From the NCBI GenBank assembly GCA_025201805.1, contig MU619289.1, forward strand, positions 31,502 through 95,501: a DNA stretch of 64,000 nt, in the 5' to 3' direction. This document shows, in pieces, positions 52,995-64,000 of the stretch (the stretch's first letter is position 1; the number at the start of each line of letters is the position of its first letter). The notes under the pieces were generated by a model, which worked only from the letters and a program-made list of their open reading frames with translations, was not told the DNA's origin and did not search any database. The translations under genes and the position numbers were made by a program. The stretch is from Parasitella parasitica NRRL 2501 (lineage: Eukaryota; Fungi; Mucoromycota).

Positions 52995-55762
52995 ATGTCA
53001 GAACCAAGCACCGATGAAGCCCAGGAAACACCATTCTTCAAATACCATCACTTGAAAGCTATCCAAGATGTATGTCTTTTCAATGAATAATGTAACCATG
53101 TGGAAACTAATTAAAATAATAGCATGACAGCAAGTATTTTGGGCAAGCAAATGTAGCAAAATCTCCACCTCAAGGAGGGGGTATAAAAGGAGACACACCA
53201 TTTCTTGAGGAAGAGGAGCAAGAATGGATGACACACAATCGTTTACCAAATGTTCCATTATCTGCCGCGGTGGATGACATTCCTGCTAATATGAGAATGG
53301 GCTACAAAGGTAAAGGCTCCAACATTGTCGCGTTCGATGCCCATAATTTGACATTTGTGCAGATGATGCTATCACTGCTGAACTTAGAGAACTCTATAAC
53401 ACATTTCAAAAATGTTTGGATTTGCGTGAAAAGTACATGATGAAATCCAAGCAACGATTTGAGGATAATCCGAAGAATAGAGACGGCTGGGAAATTTATC
53501 CTCCTCCTCCTCCTCCATCCTGGCCATTACCACCGTCTGATGAGCTGGCCAGACGGAAAAAAAAGGAAAAAGAGCGTGAAGCTGATCCTATTGCAGCTGT
53601 AGGCATTGACTTCCATAGAGAGCATGTGAAGATCCCCGGTGAACATCCGGTAAGTTGGAAAAATCGTGGTAATTAGTCATTGAGATTAGCTAACACGGGA
53701 AATAGTATGTATTTGGCGTGGGTACAGACGGATTCTATCATGTATTTAAGTCTGAAGAAGGTCGGTATCAAATCTTGAAATACAACCAAAGTGTACTTAC
53801 AAAGAAACTGTAATACAGACAAGGAAAATAGGGAGCATGCTTATAGTGTTCCCCAATGCAAAGAATTCTATGATGACCTTGACTACATTTTGACTGCAAT
53901 CAGCGATGGTCCTGCCAAGAGTTTTGCTTTCAGAAGACTGCGGTATCTAGACTCCAAATGGCAGATGTATATTTTGTTGAACGAGTTTCAAGAGATTACA
54001 GATTCCAAGCAAGTTCCTCACAGAGATTTTTATAATGTCCGTAAAGTGGATACTCATGTTCATCACTCAAGTTGCATGAACCAGAAGCATTTGTTGCGTT
54101 TTATTAAATCCAAAATGAAAAAATCTTCTGATGTAAGTAAAATACGACTGAATAACACACAAGGATATAATCATGACAGTGCATAGGATGTTGTTATTTA
54201 TCGCGACAATGTTCATTTGACTCTTGCTGGTGTATTTGAAAGCTTAAAATTGACAGCATATGATTTGAGTATCGATACTTTGGATATGCATGCCCATAAA
54301 GATTCCTTCCATCGTTTCGACAAATTCAATTTAAAATACAATCCTATTGGTGAAAGTAGACTGAGAGAAATCTTTATGAAGACTGACAATTACATCCACG
54401 GTCGTTATTTGGCTGAAATTACGAAGGAGGTGGTGTCTGATTTAGAATCCTCCAAGTACCAAATGTGTGAGTATCGTGTCTCCGTTTATGGTAGATCAAT
54501 CAACGAATGGGACAAACTGGCAAAGTGGGTTGTCAACAACAAGCTATTCTCTCCAAATGTGCGTTGGTTAATTCAAGTACCTCGTTTATACAATATTTAT
54601 AAATCGACAGGGCTCGTGGATAATTTTGGCGATATCATCAGAAGTAAAAATAATTTCACATTCTGTTTACAAGCTTTTAACTTTTTTTTTTTTTTTTTTT
54701 TTTGCAGATCTCTTTGAACCCTTATTTGAAGTTACAAAAAACCCAGCATCTCATCCAGAACTTTATATATTTTTATTGAGGGTTGTAGGTTTTGATTCTG
54801 TAGATGACGAATCTAAGGTAGAGAGGCGATCTTATCGTGAATTCCCACTTCCCAGAGAATGGAACACGGCTTCAAATCCACCATACAGCTATTACTTGTA
54901 CTACATTTACTCTAACTTAGTATCTTTGAATAGCTGGAGAGAAGAGCGAGGATTCAACACCTTTGTACTTCGTCCTCATTGTGGAGAAGCAGGTGATACG
55001 GATCATCTTGCCGCTGCCTTTTTGACCTCTCAAGGCATCAGCCACGGTATTTTACTGAGAAAAGTGCCTGCTCTGCAATATTTATTTTATCTGGCACAGA
55101 TTCCCATTGCCATGTCACCTCTTTCCAACAATGCATTATTTTTAACTTATGAGCGCAACCCATTGCCTCAATTTTTCCAACGTGGTTTGAATATCAGCAT
55201 TTCAACTGATGATCCTTTACAATTCCACTTCACTCGCGAACCATTGATTGAAGAGTACAGCGTCGCAGCACAAATCTGGAAGCTCTCTGCTACTGACATG
55301 TGCGAATTGGCTCGTAACTCTGTCTTGCAGTGTGGTTGGGAAGATAAGATCAAGCGTCATTGGATTGGAGCCAACTATAACAAACCTGGTGTTGATGGAA
55401 ATGACATGAGCAAGACAAATGTGCCTAATATTCGTGTTGATTATCGTTACGAAACTTTATTGGAGGAATTGAATGCATTGCGAAGATATGCTCCTAAAGA
55501 TCAAGGAGGGGATGGTGTTGCATTGGAAGATATGACACAACGTGACATGATCGGTGTAGTAGGCTTGACAGAGGGTCCTCGTTTGCAGCAAAATATGATG
55601 CATGCCGTACAACGCGAACCTGTATCTCATAATGAAAATCATGCTCATGAGCAACAGCGTCATTGGCAAGACAATCGTAGAGATAGCTTTCCTGGTGTAG
55701 CTGTCGTTGCAGAGAGAGCCCGTCAAAGACGTTTAAGTCAAATTTCTGCAAATTCAAAGTAG
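52995..55762 (+). CDS. AMD1: AMP deaminase, multi-exon
   Basis: '[29 protein letters not shown]', 'LRPHCGEAG', 'STDDPLQFH'. Confidence 0.96.
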
Positions 55763-56556
55763 CTAGGATAGCGATATTAAATTATTAATTAATAAAACAA
55801 AGAGGTTTCATTTTACAGCAAAGTCAACTCCAGTTTCACTGTGTCTTCAAATTTGACCTGAACCAGGCAACAACCTAACACTGATAAATCATGTTACACC
55901 TGTTTTTGTTGTGCAAATATACCGCAACACACAGCAGCCTACATTTAAATAGTGCATTTGTTACGCATACAGGGACTAGAATAAATTTCTTATTCATGAA
56001 GAAGTGGCCATCAAAATGTTTCCGTTGTATCTATAACACTAAAATTGAGGTCTTCTTGCCCGAAACAATAACCATATCAACCGGTTGCCCATCAAAGAAA
56101 TTTTCGACTTTATATCAAACACATACAATATTATTGTGGAAGCAATGCTTCATCCTTGGGGTTTTTACACAAGTTGATGTCATGTAATATGCGTTTAGCA
56201 AATCATCTCTAATAATCTGTATCTGTATCTTTATTTTTATATTACTCATATTCCATATATGCAATAGTGAGCAGAATGCTGAGAAAAGTGTAGCCAATGT
56301 TGGCATCAACATTTGGCGTAGCGATGCTCTTTTCTTTTAGGGAGTGAGGACGACGACGTCAGCTTTTACGGCTGAATAATGGCCAGAGTTGTGCCCTTGT
56401 TAGCCTCATATCCCACAATTTTAAAAAGCGGGGAGTTTCTGTTGGAAAGATACTAGTTTTTTTTACTTTCATTGAATCATCAAAAACCCCCCCTCTCCTA
56501 ATTTATATTATATAACAAGGCGCTTGCTTCTAGTTCAAAAACTTACATCAACAAAT

Positions 56557-58304
56557 ATGCTTTCTTCAGTTGCTTTGAAACGTAAACACAGACAGACAAT
56601 ACCTCCCCCAACAAGAAACTCATCATGTTTATATTTTTTTTAGACGTTGGACGTACCAATATTGTTGCCAAAGTCGCCACTGCTACTCAAACTGTAACTA
56701 TTTTTACATGCTATAACAAAATTTCAGCTGATCATTAATCAATTTAGCGTTCTATGCATGATTTGACTTTGAGAAAGAAGACAGGTGAACCCATGCTCAA
56801 GTATGGTCTGGGCGGAAGGTATGTAATCAATCGAGTTGGTTGTTTCCTGTTTTTGACAGGGTTAAAATTACTGCTAGATCTTCTACCAATGGACATATTG
56901 CCACTGTTTTCGGTTGCACTGGTTTCTTGGGTCGTTATGTTGTCAACAAGCTCGGTAAGGATATGAGTTGAATTGTCCACATGGGCATTGTCGTTAAGCA
57001 TTACAATTTTTTAGCCAAGCAAGGTACACAGGTTGTTGTTGCTTACCGTGATGCAGATGAGGCTAGACATCTCAAAGTTACTGGTGATTTGGGTCAAATT
57101 ATTCCTTTGGAATTCGACTTGAGAAACAAGCAACAAATTGATGAATGTGTTCGTCATTCTGATATTGTTTACAACTTGGTTGGCCGTGATTACGAAACAA
57201 AGTACGTACAGTGGCAATGTGCTATTAGGTCAAACAGCAGTGCTGATAAACTTATTAGGAACTTTACCTTTAATGATGTCCATGTCGACGGTTCTCGCAT
57301 TTTGGCCGAATCTTGTGCTGAAAACGGTGTTGCCCGATTCGTTCAAGTGTCTGCTTTGAATGCTTCCGAGGATTCTACATCTAAATTCCTTCGTTCAAAG
57401 GTAAGCAAAGTTTTGTATGAGGAGGTGCGGCGGCTTCTTTCTTGTGTTTGCATTTAACCTTTTCTACAATTTAGGCTTTAGGCGAAAAGGCGGTTCGTGA
57501 AGTCATTCCTGATGCTACCATCGTGCGTCCTGGCACTATGTGGGGTCATGAGGATCGTTTCTTGAACAAAATTGGCGGTAAATAATCAGCAATCAGTTGA
57601 TAATAGCAGTTTTTATTAAAATCTTTGTCCCAACAGAGGATGGTGGATGGCAGTATTATGTCAATGAAGGCAATACCAAGATCCGCCCTGTTTCTGTAAG
57701 TCATTTTGCAGTCGATAGGACCAGCTCTCTCACGTTAGAAAAATAGGCCATTGACGTTGCTCATGCTCTTGAGATCATGCTGACTGCTGAGTCCACTACA
57801 GGCAAAACTTATGAATTATATGGTCCTAAAGAATATGCTGTCAGGGAAATCTTTGAATTGGCTCGTGAGATTACCATGAAGCCTCTTCCTATCCGTGCTG
57901 CACCTAATGCAGTTTTCAAGTTAGTTTTAAAAAAATAGCCCCATGATGGATCATTCTTTATCTAACCAAACATCACATCAATTTTGCTACTAAATAGGTT
58001 AGCAGCTGCTTTCTTTGATAAGTTGCCTTACAATCAAATGGTCAGCCCCGATTTAATCGAACGAGTAAGTTATATCAAGAGAAATTGAAAAAAGTTGTTC
58101 CTTACATATGTATTCCAGATGTCTATGAATGACAAGATCACAACAGGCGCTCTTACTTTTGAAGATTTGTACATCAACCCAACTGATTTAGAGACTGTTG
58201 CTATTCAATTTTTGAGAAGATTCCGTAGTAACGCTGTCTTTGATCTGCCTTACGAAAAGGGAGATGGTCAAGTTCAAAAGGGCGTTTATCATCTTATTGA
58301 TTAG
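56557..58304 (+). CDS. NDUFA9: Complex I 39/40-kDa subunit NDUFA9 (SDR fold), many short exons
   Basis: '[21 protein letters not shown]', '[10 protein letters not shown]', '[10 protein letters not shown]', '[17 protein letters not shown]', 'LRRFRS'. Confidence 0.93.
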
Positions 58305-58420
58305 AGATAATATTAAAAAGAACCCCCCCACACACATATAATACATAATAGATTTTTATTATGAAAAGAAAAAGAGGTATATATATGATTATTTACAGAG
58401 TATAAATATATATTTTTGTA

Positions 58421-58870
58421 TTATAAAGATAAAAATGGAATGTCGTAGCATATTAAACCATCCTCTTCATCTTCTTCGTTTATGAAGAATGTTGGCTTCT
58501 GTTTATAAAACGGGGTAGTATTTTCTTGTGGTGATGAAGGCATTGAATCATCCTCATCATATTCATATTCGTCTTCCTCAGAGTCATATTCATCGAATGA
58601 TGGTTTGTTGGCTTCATCTTGATCTAATTGATCAAAACAGGAAGCCAGCCAAACCTCTTGTTCTCCATCATCTGATTGCCCACAGTTTTCTTTACTATCT
58701 TGAACTTGTACTTGCTCTTGATGTCGATACAACAAGTCATTATAGTTATTTTCCTGCCTTGTCAGTGCAGATATCAATGAATTACGAATAAGGACAAATG
58801 ATGTTAAACTTGATCTATGCATATCAAATGACTCAAGCTTATCAAAGGATAATGTAATGTAATCGTTCAT
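58421..58870 (-). CDS. Small acidic protein with N-terminal SERTA-like motif
   Basis: MNDYITLSFDKLESFDMHRSSLTSFVLIRNSL followed by a D/E-rich tail. Confidence 0.6.
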   Translation of the reverse strand: MNDYITLSFDKLESFDMHRSSLTSFVLIRNSLISALTRQENNYNDLLYRHQEQVQVQDSKENCGQSDDGEQEVWLASCFDQLDQDEANKPSFDEYDSEEDEYEYDEDDSMPSSPQENTTPFYKQKPTFFINEEDEEDGLICYDIPFLSL

Positions 58871-59303
58871 ATATTTTTTCTTCAAAAAATGTGTGGAAAA
58901 AATAAGAAAAAAGAAAAAGGAAAGGCTATTATCCCAAGATGCATTTTATACACATATGCGATCTTTATATTATTGCTGATAACCCCATGATTCGTTCCTC
59001 GCCCGTTTTATATACTTTGCTACGCTACAATTTTCGAAGAGAATTATTGGCAAATCATGGGTTGAGCTGGAATGACCAATCTTTTGCCACTCGATACATT
59101 TTCGTGGGTTTGTCTCACATGCAAAGTAGCCTTCTTGTCGAATAATAACCCTGTATTTCCCTGCTATTATTTGTTTGTTGTTTGTTGATCAGTTTATTTC
59201 AATTAAGAAAAAAAAAAAGGGGAGGGGAGGGAAGAGGGAGTGGAGAAAGTGTTGAGATGTAGAGATCTGAATAAGGCGTGTATGTGATTAGAGTAAAGTG
59301 TGT

Positions 59304-60053
59304 TTAAAGACTATCAATACGGTTGAAAGAATTACCACCGCGAGGTTTATCGTTGAGTTTCGGGTTGTTTTTTGCCAAAATATCTATGTGATAAGTTAGT
59401 TAAACAACGTAATAGATCACTGTTGTCTTACTACCTTTATCATTTTTTGCATGATCAAAATTACACTCATGCTTATCTGGAAAACGATGGGTGTCACAAA
59501 AGACATACTCACATCGACATTTGTTGGTTAACTGTTTAGCAAGAGGAATCTAAAAAAGATCCAACGATATGAGCCTGATTAATTTTGCGATTATTTCAGT
59601 GTTGTTACCTTTAAACGACATGAAAAACAACGTCCTTTGTTCTTTTGAATAGTTTTTTTTGGAGTATTATCTGGTTTTTCTTGTTGTATCTCATTGTTGA
59701 TTTTAATATCATCTTCTACTGATAATAAAACCTGGTCGTTACTATTTTGAAGTGGATTCTGGTCCTCCTCTGGTTGTTGCTTATGCAGAGATGGCTCTTC
59801 TGTACGTTCTTTTATGATTACAGGTTTTTCCATCTTGATGATATCTGTATCAACGAGATCTTTTAGGGGAAATTTATTTACTGTGAGTAATCATACGTAA
59901 TCCCCGTATTGGTATTGCAATTTTACCATTTTTATTCCGTTGTTCTTGTTCTTTAAAGCACTTTGAACACATGTTGTTGTAAATTTTATTTCCATAAAAT
60001 CCACAACCTGCTGTACAAGGCGAAGGTGCTTCAGACAATTTGTTATCTTCCAT
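59304..60053 (-). CDS. A20 + AN1 zinc-finger protein (ZFAND5/6 / stress-associated protein)
   Basis: A20 'CTAGCGFYGNKIYNNMCSKCF'; AN1 'RCFSCRLK..KCRCEYVFCDTHRFPDKHECNFDH'. Confidence 0.9.
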
Positions 60054-60093
60054 TCTAGGTAGTTTTTATGGTAATTGGAATAAATGTATAAAA

Positions 60094-60128
60094 NNNNNNN
60101 NNNNNNNNNNNNNNNNNNNNNNNNNNNN
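60094..60128. other. Assembly gap (N run)
   Basis: 35 N flanked by A tracts. Confidence 1.
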
Positions 60129-61505
60129 AAAAAAAAAAGAAAGAAAGAAAAAGGAGAGCGAGATATAGAGAGAAAATCACTTTCACCATAATAACTACGT
60201 ATACTTTTCCTCAATCTCCCTTGTTGGTCTATTTTCTTTATTGTCAGCACGTGATAAAGAGCTACAATCACTGCATATTCCTCCATTTTCCATTGATTTC
60301 CTTGAAAAAAGCCAAGTTTCCCCGATGACATTGAGAAACCTTTTTATGCACATGTGTACAGGTCAGATCAAATCGAAAATATGACCGATAAATCCTATTT
60401 TATTTGGGATGCCTTGGATGCTGACAAATTAAGATTTACTTGGCATGCAAGGCGATACAATTTTTTTTGGAAAGTTATCAGAAATATACTGCCTTGATCG
60501 TAGTAATGACCGCAGTTCTTGCAATTCATCACAGAATGACACATCACATTTTATCAAAAACAGTGACTGAATGCTCATCACGCTCTAATATCTTCAGCGA
60601 ATATGTTACTATGCCGTGGTTGTTTAGGACTCGGATTTACCTGTCAAAAATTCACTCGTAGCTAAGCAACTGAATAAATTGGCATGTGGTTGTTTACATG
60701 CGATAATCATATACTATTTTACCGGCTTGGCCAAAGGAATCGATTAAAAATAGGTTTTTAGCGCTTAAAAAGCTGCGGCCTCTGCTGACCAAGCAGAACG
60801 AATACAAAAACGTGCACCATGCACGACAAAATTAAGCTACACACTCATCCGCTTCTGTTGAAGAACCAGAACTGCGAGATTTGATTGATTTAAAATATTT
60901 TTGTGGCATGATGTATATCTCAGTTCAAGTAAATTCTATTTAATCCGTTCGATGTTGAATTTAACTCTGTGTACAACCGTTTTTGTAAATGCTGGATTTC
61001 TAATTGCACATCAAGTTGAAAATTTTTTTCGTCTTGCGTTCATTGAAACAAGCAGCGATTAAAATAGAGTTGTTTCATCGAAGGTTACTACAGCAGCGAT
61101 AATTAATATTACGAAATGTATGGCTTGAAAAAGTGGGGAGCTCAACCTCAACGAAATGTAATCAAATGTTGAATTATGAAAAGTAAATGTGATAGATGAG
61201 GATCTTTGTGGCACATTTCACAATATTACCGTGAGATATTTAGACTTTTGGTAATGAAATTAATCAGGGAAGATGGTTCCCAAATGTGATCAAGACTTGT
61301 TTGGATTCGGCCTGATATTGCAGACTTTTCTTTCGAGGAAGAGGAAGAGAGAAAGAGAGAGAGAGAAGAGAAAGCCCTGACCTGGAATCATGCCTTCCCC
61401 CTATCCTCATCTTTTTGCCCTTCATCCTGTAATAAAAAGAAAATGATACAACATGTGGTTAAAGTCAGTTTTAAAATGCTGTTTACACTGGGGCACAGCT
61501 AATGT

Positions 61506-61609
61506 TGAGTCATTCCTTCTGACCACCATTATTGCAACATTTTTTTTGGTCTCAACGTGTTCTATTGGTGATACGAGCTATGGCCAATGAAAAATTCTTC
61601 AATGACTCA
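61506..61609. promoter_or_regulatory. Two Gcn4/CpcA (AP-1) sites
   Basis: TGAGTCA 61506-61512 and TGACTCA 61603-61609, upstream of the Pcl cyclin. Confidence 0.55.
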
Positions 61610-62001
61610 CCAAATATCAGTTTTCAACCCCTCTTTATTTCGTTTTTCTTTTCCCTTTTGTCCATTTTGTGGTTTTTTGCCAATATACGCTAAACCATCA
61701 ACCAGAAAAGCCAAAAAAAAACTTCCCGACAGATATAAATACTAATAATTATTTCTAAACCTTGTTAAACCTATTCTTTGATTCTTTTACCCTCTTAATA
61801 ACATTTTCTTTTGCAATGATTGCCGCCATTATTATTGTTTAAACAGTGCAATCTTGGATTTTATTCATTCAAGATTTCATTTTTATTTACAAACAAACTT
61901 ATCGATTACAAAAACAACCCAACACAAAGAACTCTTTTTTTTATTTTCTTATAAAACCCATTCAATTTTATTTCGAAGGCGTAGCATATATCTAGAATAT
62001 C

Positions 62002-62957
62002 ATGACACCTCAGACTATCGTACCTCCCGCAGTAGGCAGTGTTGCGCAGCTCAACGATAAATACTCCAACATTGCCACTGTTGCTGCTATTAATCCCAAC
62101 TTAATTTCACTGCTGATGAGGCATGCCATACAAACAGAACTTGAAACAAAACGCAAACAGCACTTTTATGAACAACAAAAGTCCTATGTCAGTGCCCTAG
62201 TTGGTAAGTTTATCCTGCCGAGTATTTTTTTTCCCCCGTCTAACATTCTTGCTTAGATGTCACTGTTCAAGTCATTGCATCCATCTGGCCTACTTCCATT
62301 AGTGCTCCGTCTACTGGGAATAACAAGCCCATTGCAGATCTGAACACGTTTCTACATCATATTCTGAAACACTCACGTACAACCCACTCAACTCTTCAAT
62401 TAGCCATCTTTTATCTGTTCAGAATTCGCTCTCGCGTTCAAGAAAAAAGAAATGACGACGTTTATATCTCGTGTGGAAGACGTATGTTTCTTGCTGCTTT
62501 GATCTCGGCTCATAAGTATTTACAAGACAAGACATATAAGAATTCGGCTTGGAGTAAAGTCAGCGGATTAAGCGTTCATGAAATCAACCATGCGGAAAAG
62601 ATCATGCTTCAACTACTCGATTATCGTCTCTACGTAAAGAAAGACACCTACGATCAATGGATCATGATGCTTCAAACCCATCTAAATGTAAACCCTAACG
62701 GTGCTATCATGCCTGCAGCAGCAACAACCTCAACAACGACACCCACAGCGTACAATGGTAATATTAACACGACTACAGCTCATCATTTGAGCCAGTTTCA
62801 ACAAGCAAGACATGCATTGCTCAGAAAAGCCCAGGAAAGCCTGCCTTCTCCCCCGTTGGAAGAATCTTTCATGCCTGAATCATCGTCTCAAAAGAGAAAG
62901 AATTCATGTTCATTAGAAGACCAAGAAGACAAAAGAGTTACAAAGAGACGTTGTTAA
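62002..62957 (+). CDS. Pho85-type cyclin (Pcl5/Clg1-like), 2 exons
   Basis: 'SRTTHSTLQLAIFYLFRI', 'CGRRMFLAALISAHKYLQDKTYKNSAWSKVSGL..EINHAE..LLDYRLYV'. Confidence 0.88.
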
Positions 62958-63252
62958 ACCCCAAAAGAAGAACATCTCCACACAAACTTACATAACATCA
63001 TCTGTCCATAAAATCTCTTCTGTATATTACCCCTCACAACCACTTTGTTCTCGTTTATTGTCTATTGCCCCCACCCTCCTTTTTTAATATTATTATTTTT
63101 ATAAGTAGTAATTTAAAGAAATCCACCAGACTCACTTAATATTGTAAAATATAACTAGCATGCACTATTTTTTTCTTCGATGATCCTTTATTACAGTTGA
63201 CGAAACTAGGTTGGGCCAATGAAAATAAATTTTGGTCATTTTCAAATTGAGT

Positions 63253-63385
63253 TGGGACACGATTACAAAAATGGGCCACTAATAGGAAAATGGGTCACGA
63301 ATACGAAAATGAGACGTTAATATGAAAGTGGGACATCAACATGAAAATGGGACACATAAGAGAATACGGGACACGAACACAACTG
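63253..63385 (+). repeat. Degenerate 19-bp tandem array (TGGGACAC core), 7 units
   Basis: Units start at 63253, 63272, 63291, 63310, 63329, 63348 and 63367. Confidence 0.8.
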
Positions 63386-63858
63386 TGGAACTATACCGAA
63401 CAGATTCAAACAGTTTTTTTCTTGGTTCAATTTAAGGGCGCAGCCCTGAAAACAGCAACCCTTTATAGAACTTGTATCATATTCTAGTACTTTATGATCA
63501 AAGTGTCAAAGTCAAAGTTTATTTGTGTACAATTTTTACTTGGCTAACAAGGCCTTTAAGTAATAGCTGAAACAATTCTGCTCAGGTCTAAAAATGAATT
63601 GAATATGTTTTCTTGTTTTTCTATTATTGTTATACCCAATGCCAAAATGGGTGCTCTTATGGGTGCTCTTACCAAAAAAGAAAAAAAAAAGCATGATATA
63701 CATCAGTATCTCGATCGAAAAAATCAATCAGGTTTGTTGATTAATTGAGTTGGTAAATAGATAGAAAAGTAGATTGACAAGTAGTAATTCGAAAGCTTTG
63801 TATAGATTCATTTCAGTTAAAATCTGAATGAGGATATTCTCGATGAAAACTAGCTAGG

Positions 63859-64000
63859 TATAATTAAAAAAATGGAGTCTGCTAGCTTTTTTTACACGCT
63901 TCGTAAAAAAAACAGTCGCATTAAAGTCGCTTGAAGCTCAAGAATAAAGCAAAACAAACCTAAACCAAGAAGAAATGGAGTTAACAAATGCTTTAGTTGG
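63859..64000 (+). mobile_element. 5' end of a second Helitron-family element, possibly running off the window
   Basis: TATAATTAAAAAAATGGAGTCTGCTAGCTTTTTTTACACGCTTCGTAAAAAAAACAGTC is near-identical to the reverse complement of ~51505-51561. Confidence 0.75.

Noticed and set aside
55891-56410. Possible small gene between AMD1 and NDUFA9
   Set aside because: Could not assemble a convincing spliced frame on either strand
63253-63385. CRISPR-like repeat-spacer array
   Set aside because: Eukaryotic DNA, 19-bp period with an 8-bp degenerate core, no cas genes
51505-63918. Inverted ~60-bp repeats bracketing AMD1, NDUFA9 and the cyclin as a composite transposon or captured cargo
   Set aside because: The repeats are Helitron 5' ends pointing outward, and the enclosed genes are ordinary intron-rich housekeeping genes outside both elements

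Overview
Gene-dense, AT-rich eukaryotic DNA with short GT-AG introns, most consistent with a Mucorales fungus (inferred from gene structure and content). It holds about 26 protein genes: DUF4203 membrane protein, ERT1/AcuK Zn2Cys6-PAS factor, a divergent Cdc27-like TPR protein, a DMT transporter, a MirB-type siderophore transporter, phosphoesterase, RPS15A, Nop7, a C2H2 factor, Alg13, Mid1, Arp1, Cul3, NDUFAF8-like, a 2xRRM protein, a sugar porter, a Sec7 GEF, a CSL factor, AMP deaminase, NDUFA9, A20/AN1 zinc finger, a Pcl-type cyclin and several hypotheticals. It also holds a tRNA-Asp and a full-length Helitron (46436-51570) with both termini and an open RepHel ORF. Signals not visible in the ORF track: an snR44-like H/ACA snoRNA in the RPS15A intron, a second structured RNA in its 5'UTR intron, a hidden 3-exon 83-aa gene, a SERTA-like small acidic protein, a second Helitron 5' end and a 19-bp periodic array at the right edge, and candidate regulatory sites (SreA, Gcn4 plus uORF, CreA, CSL). 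I found no large novel multi-gene system. Exon boundaries were read by eye, and family calls rest on recognised motifs, not database searches.
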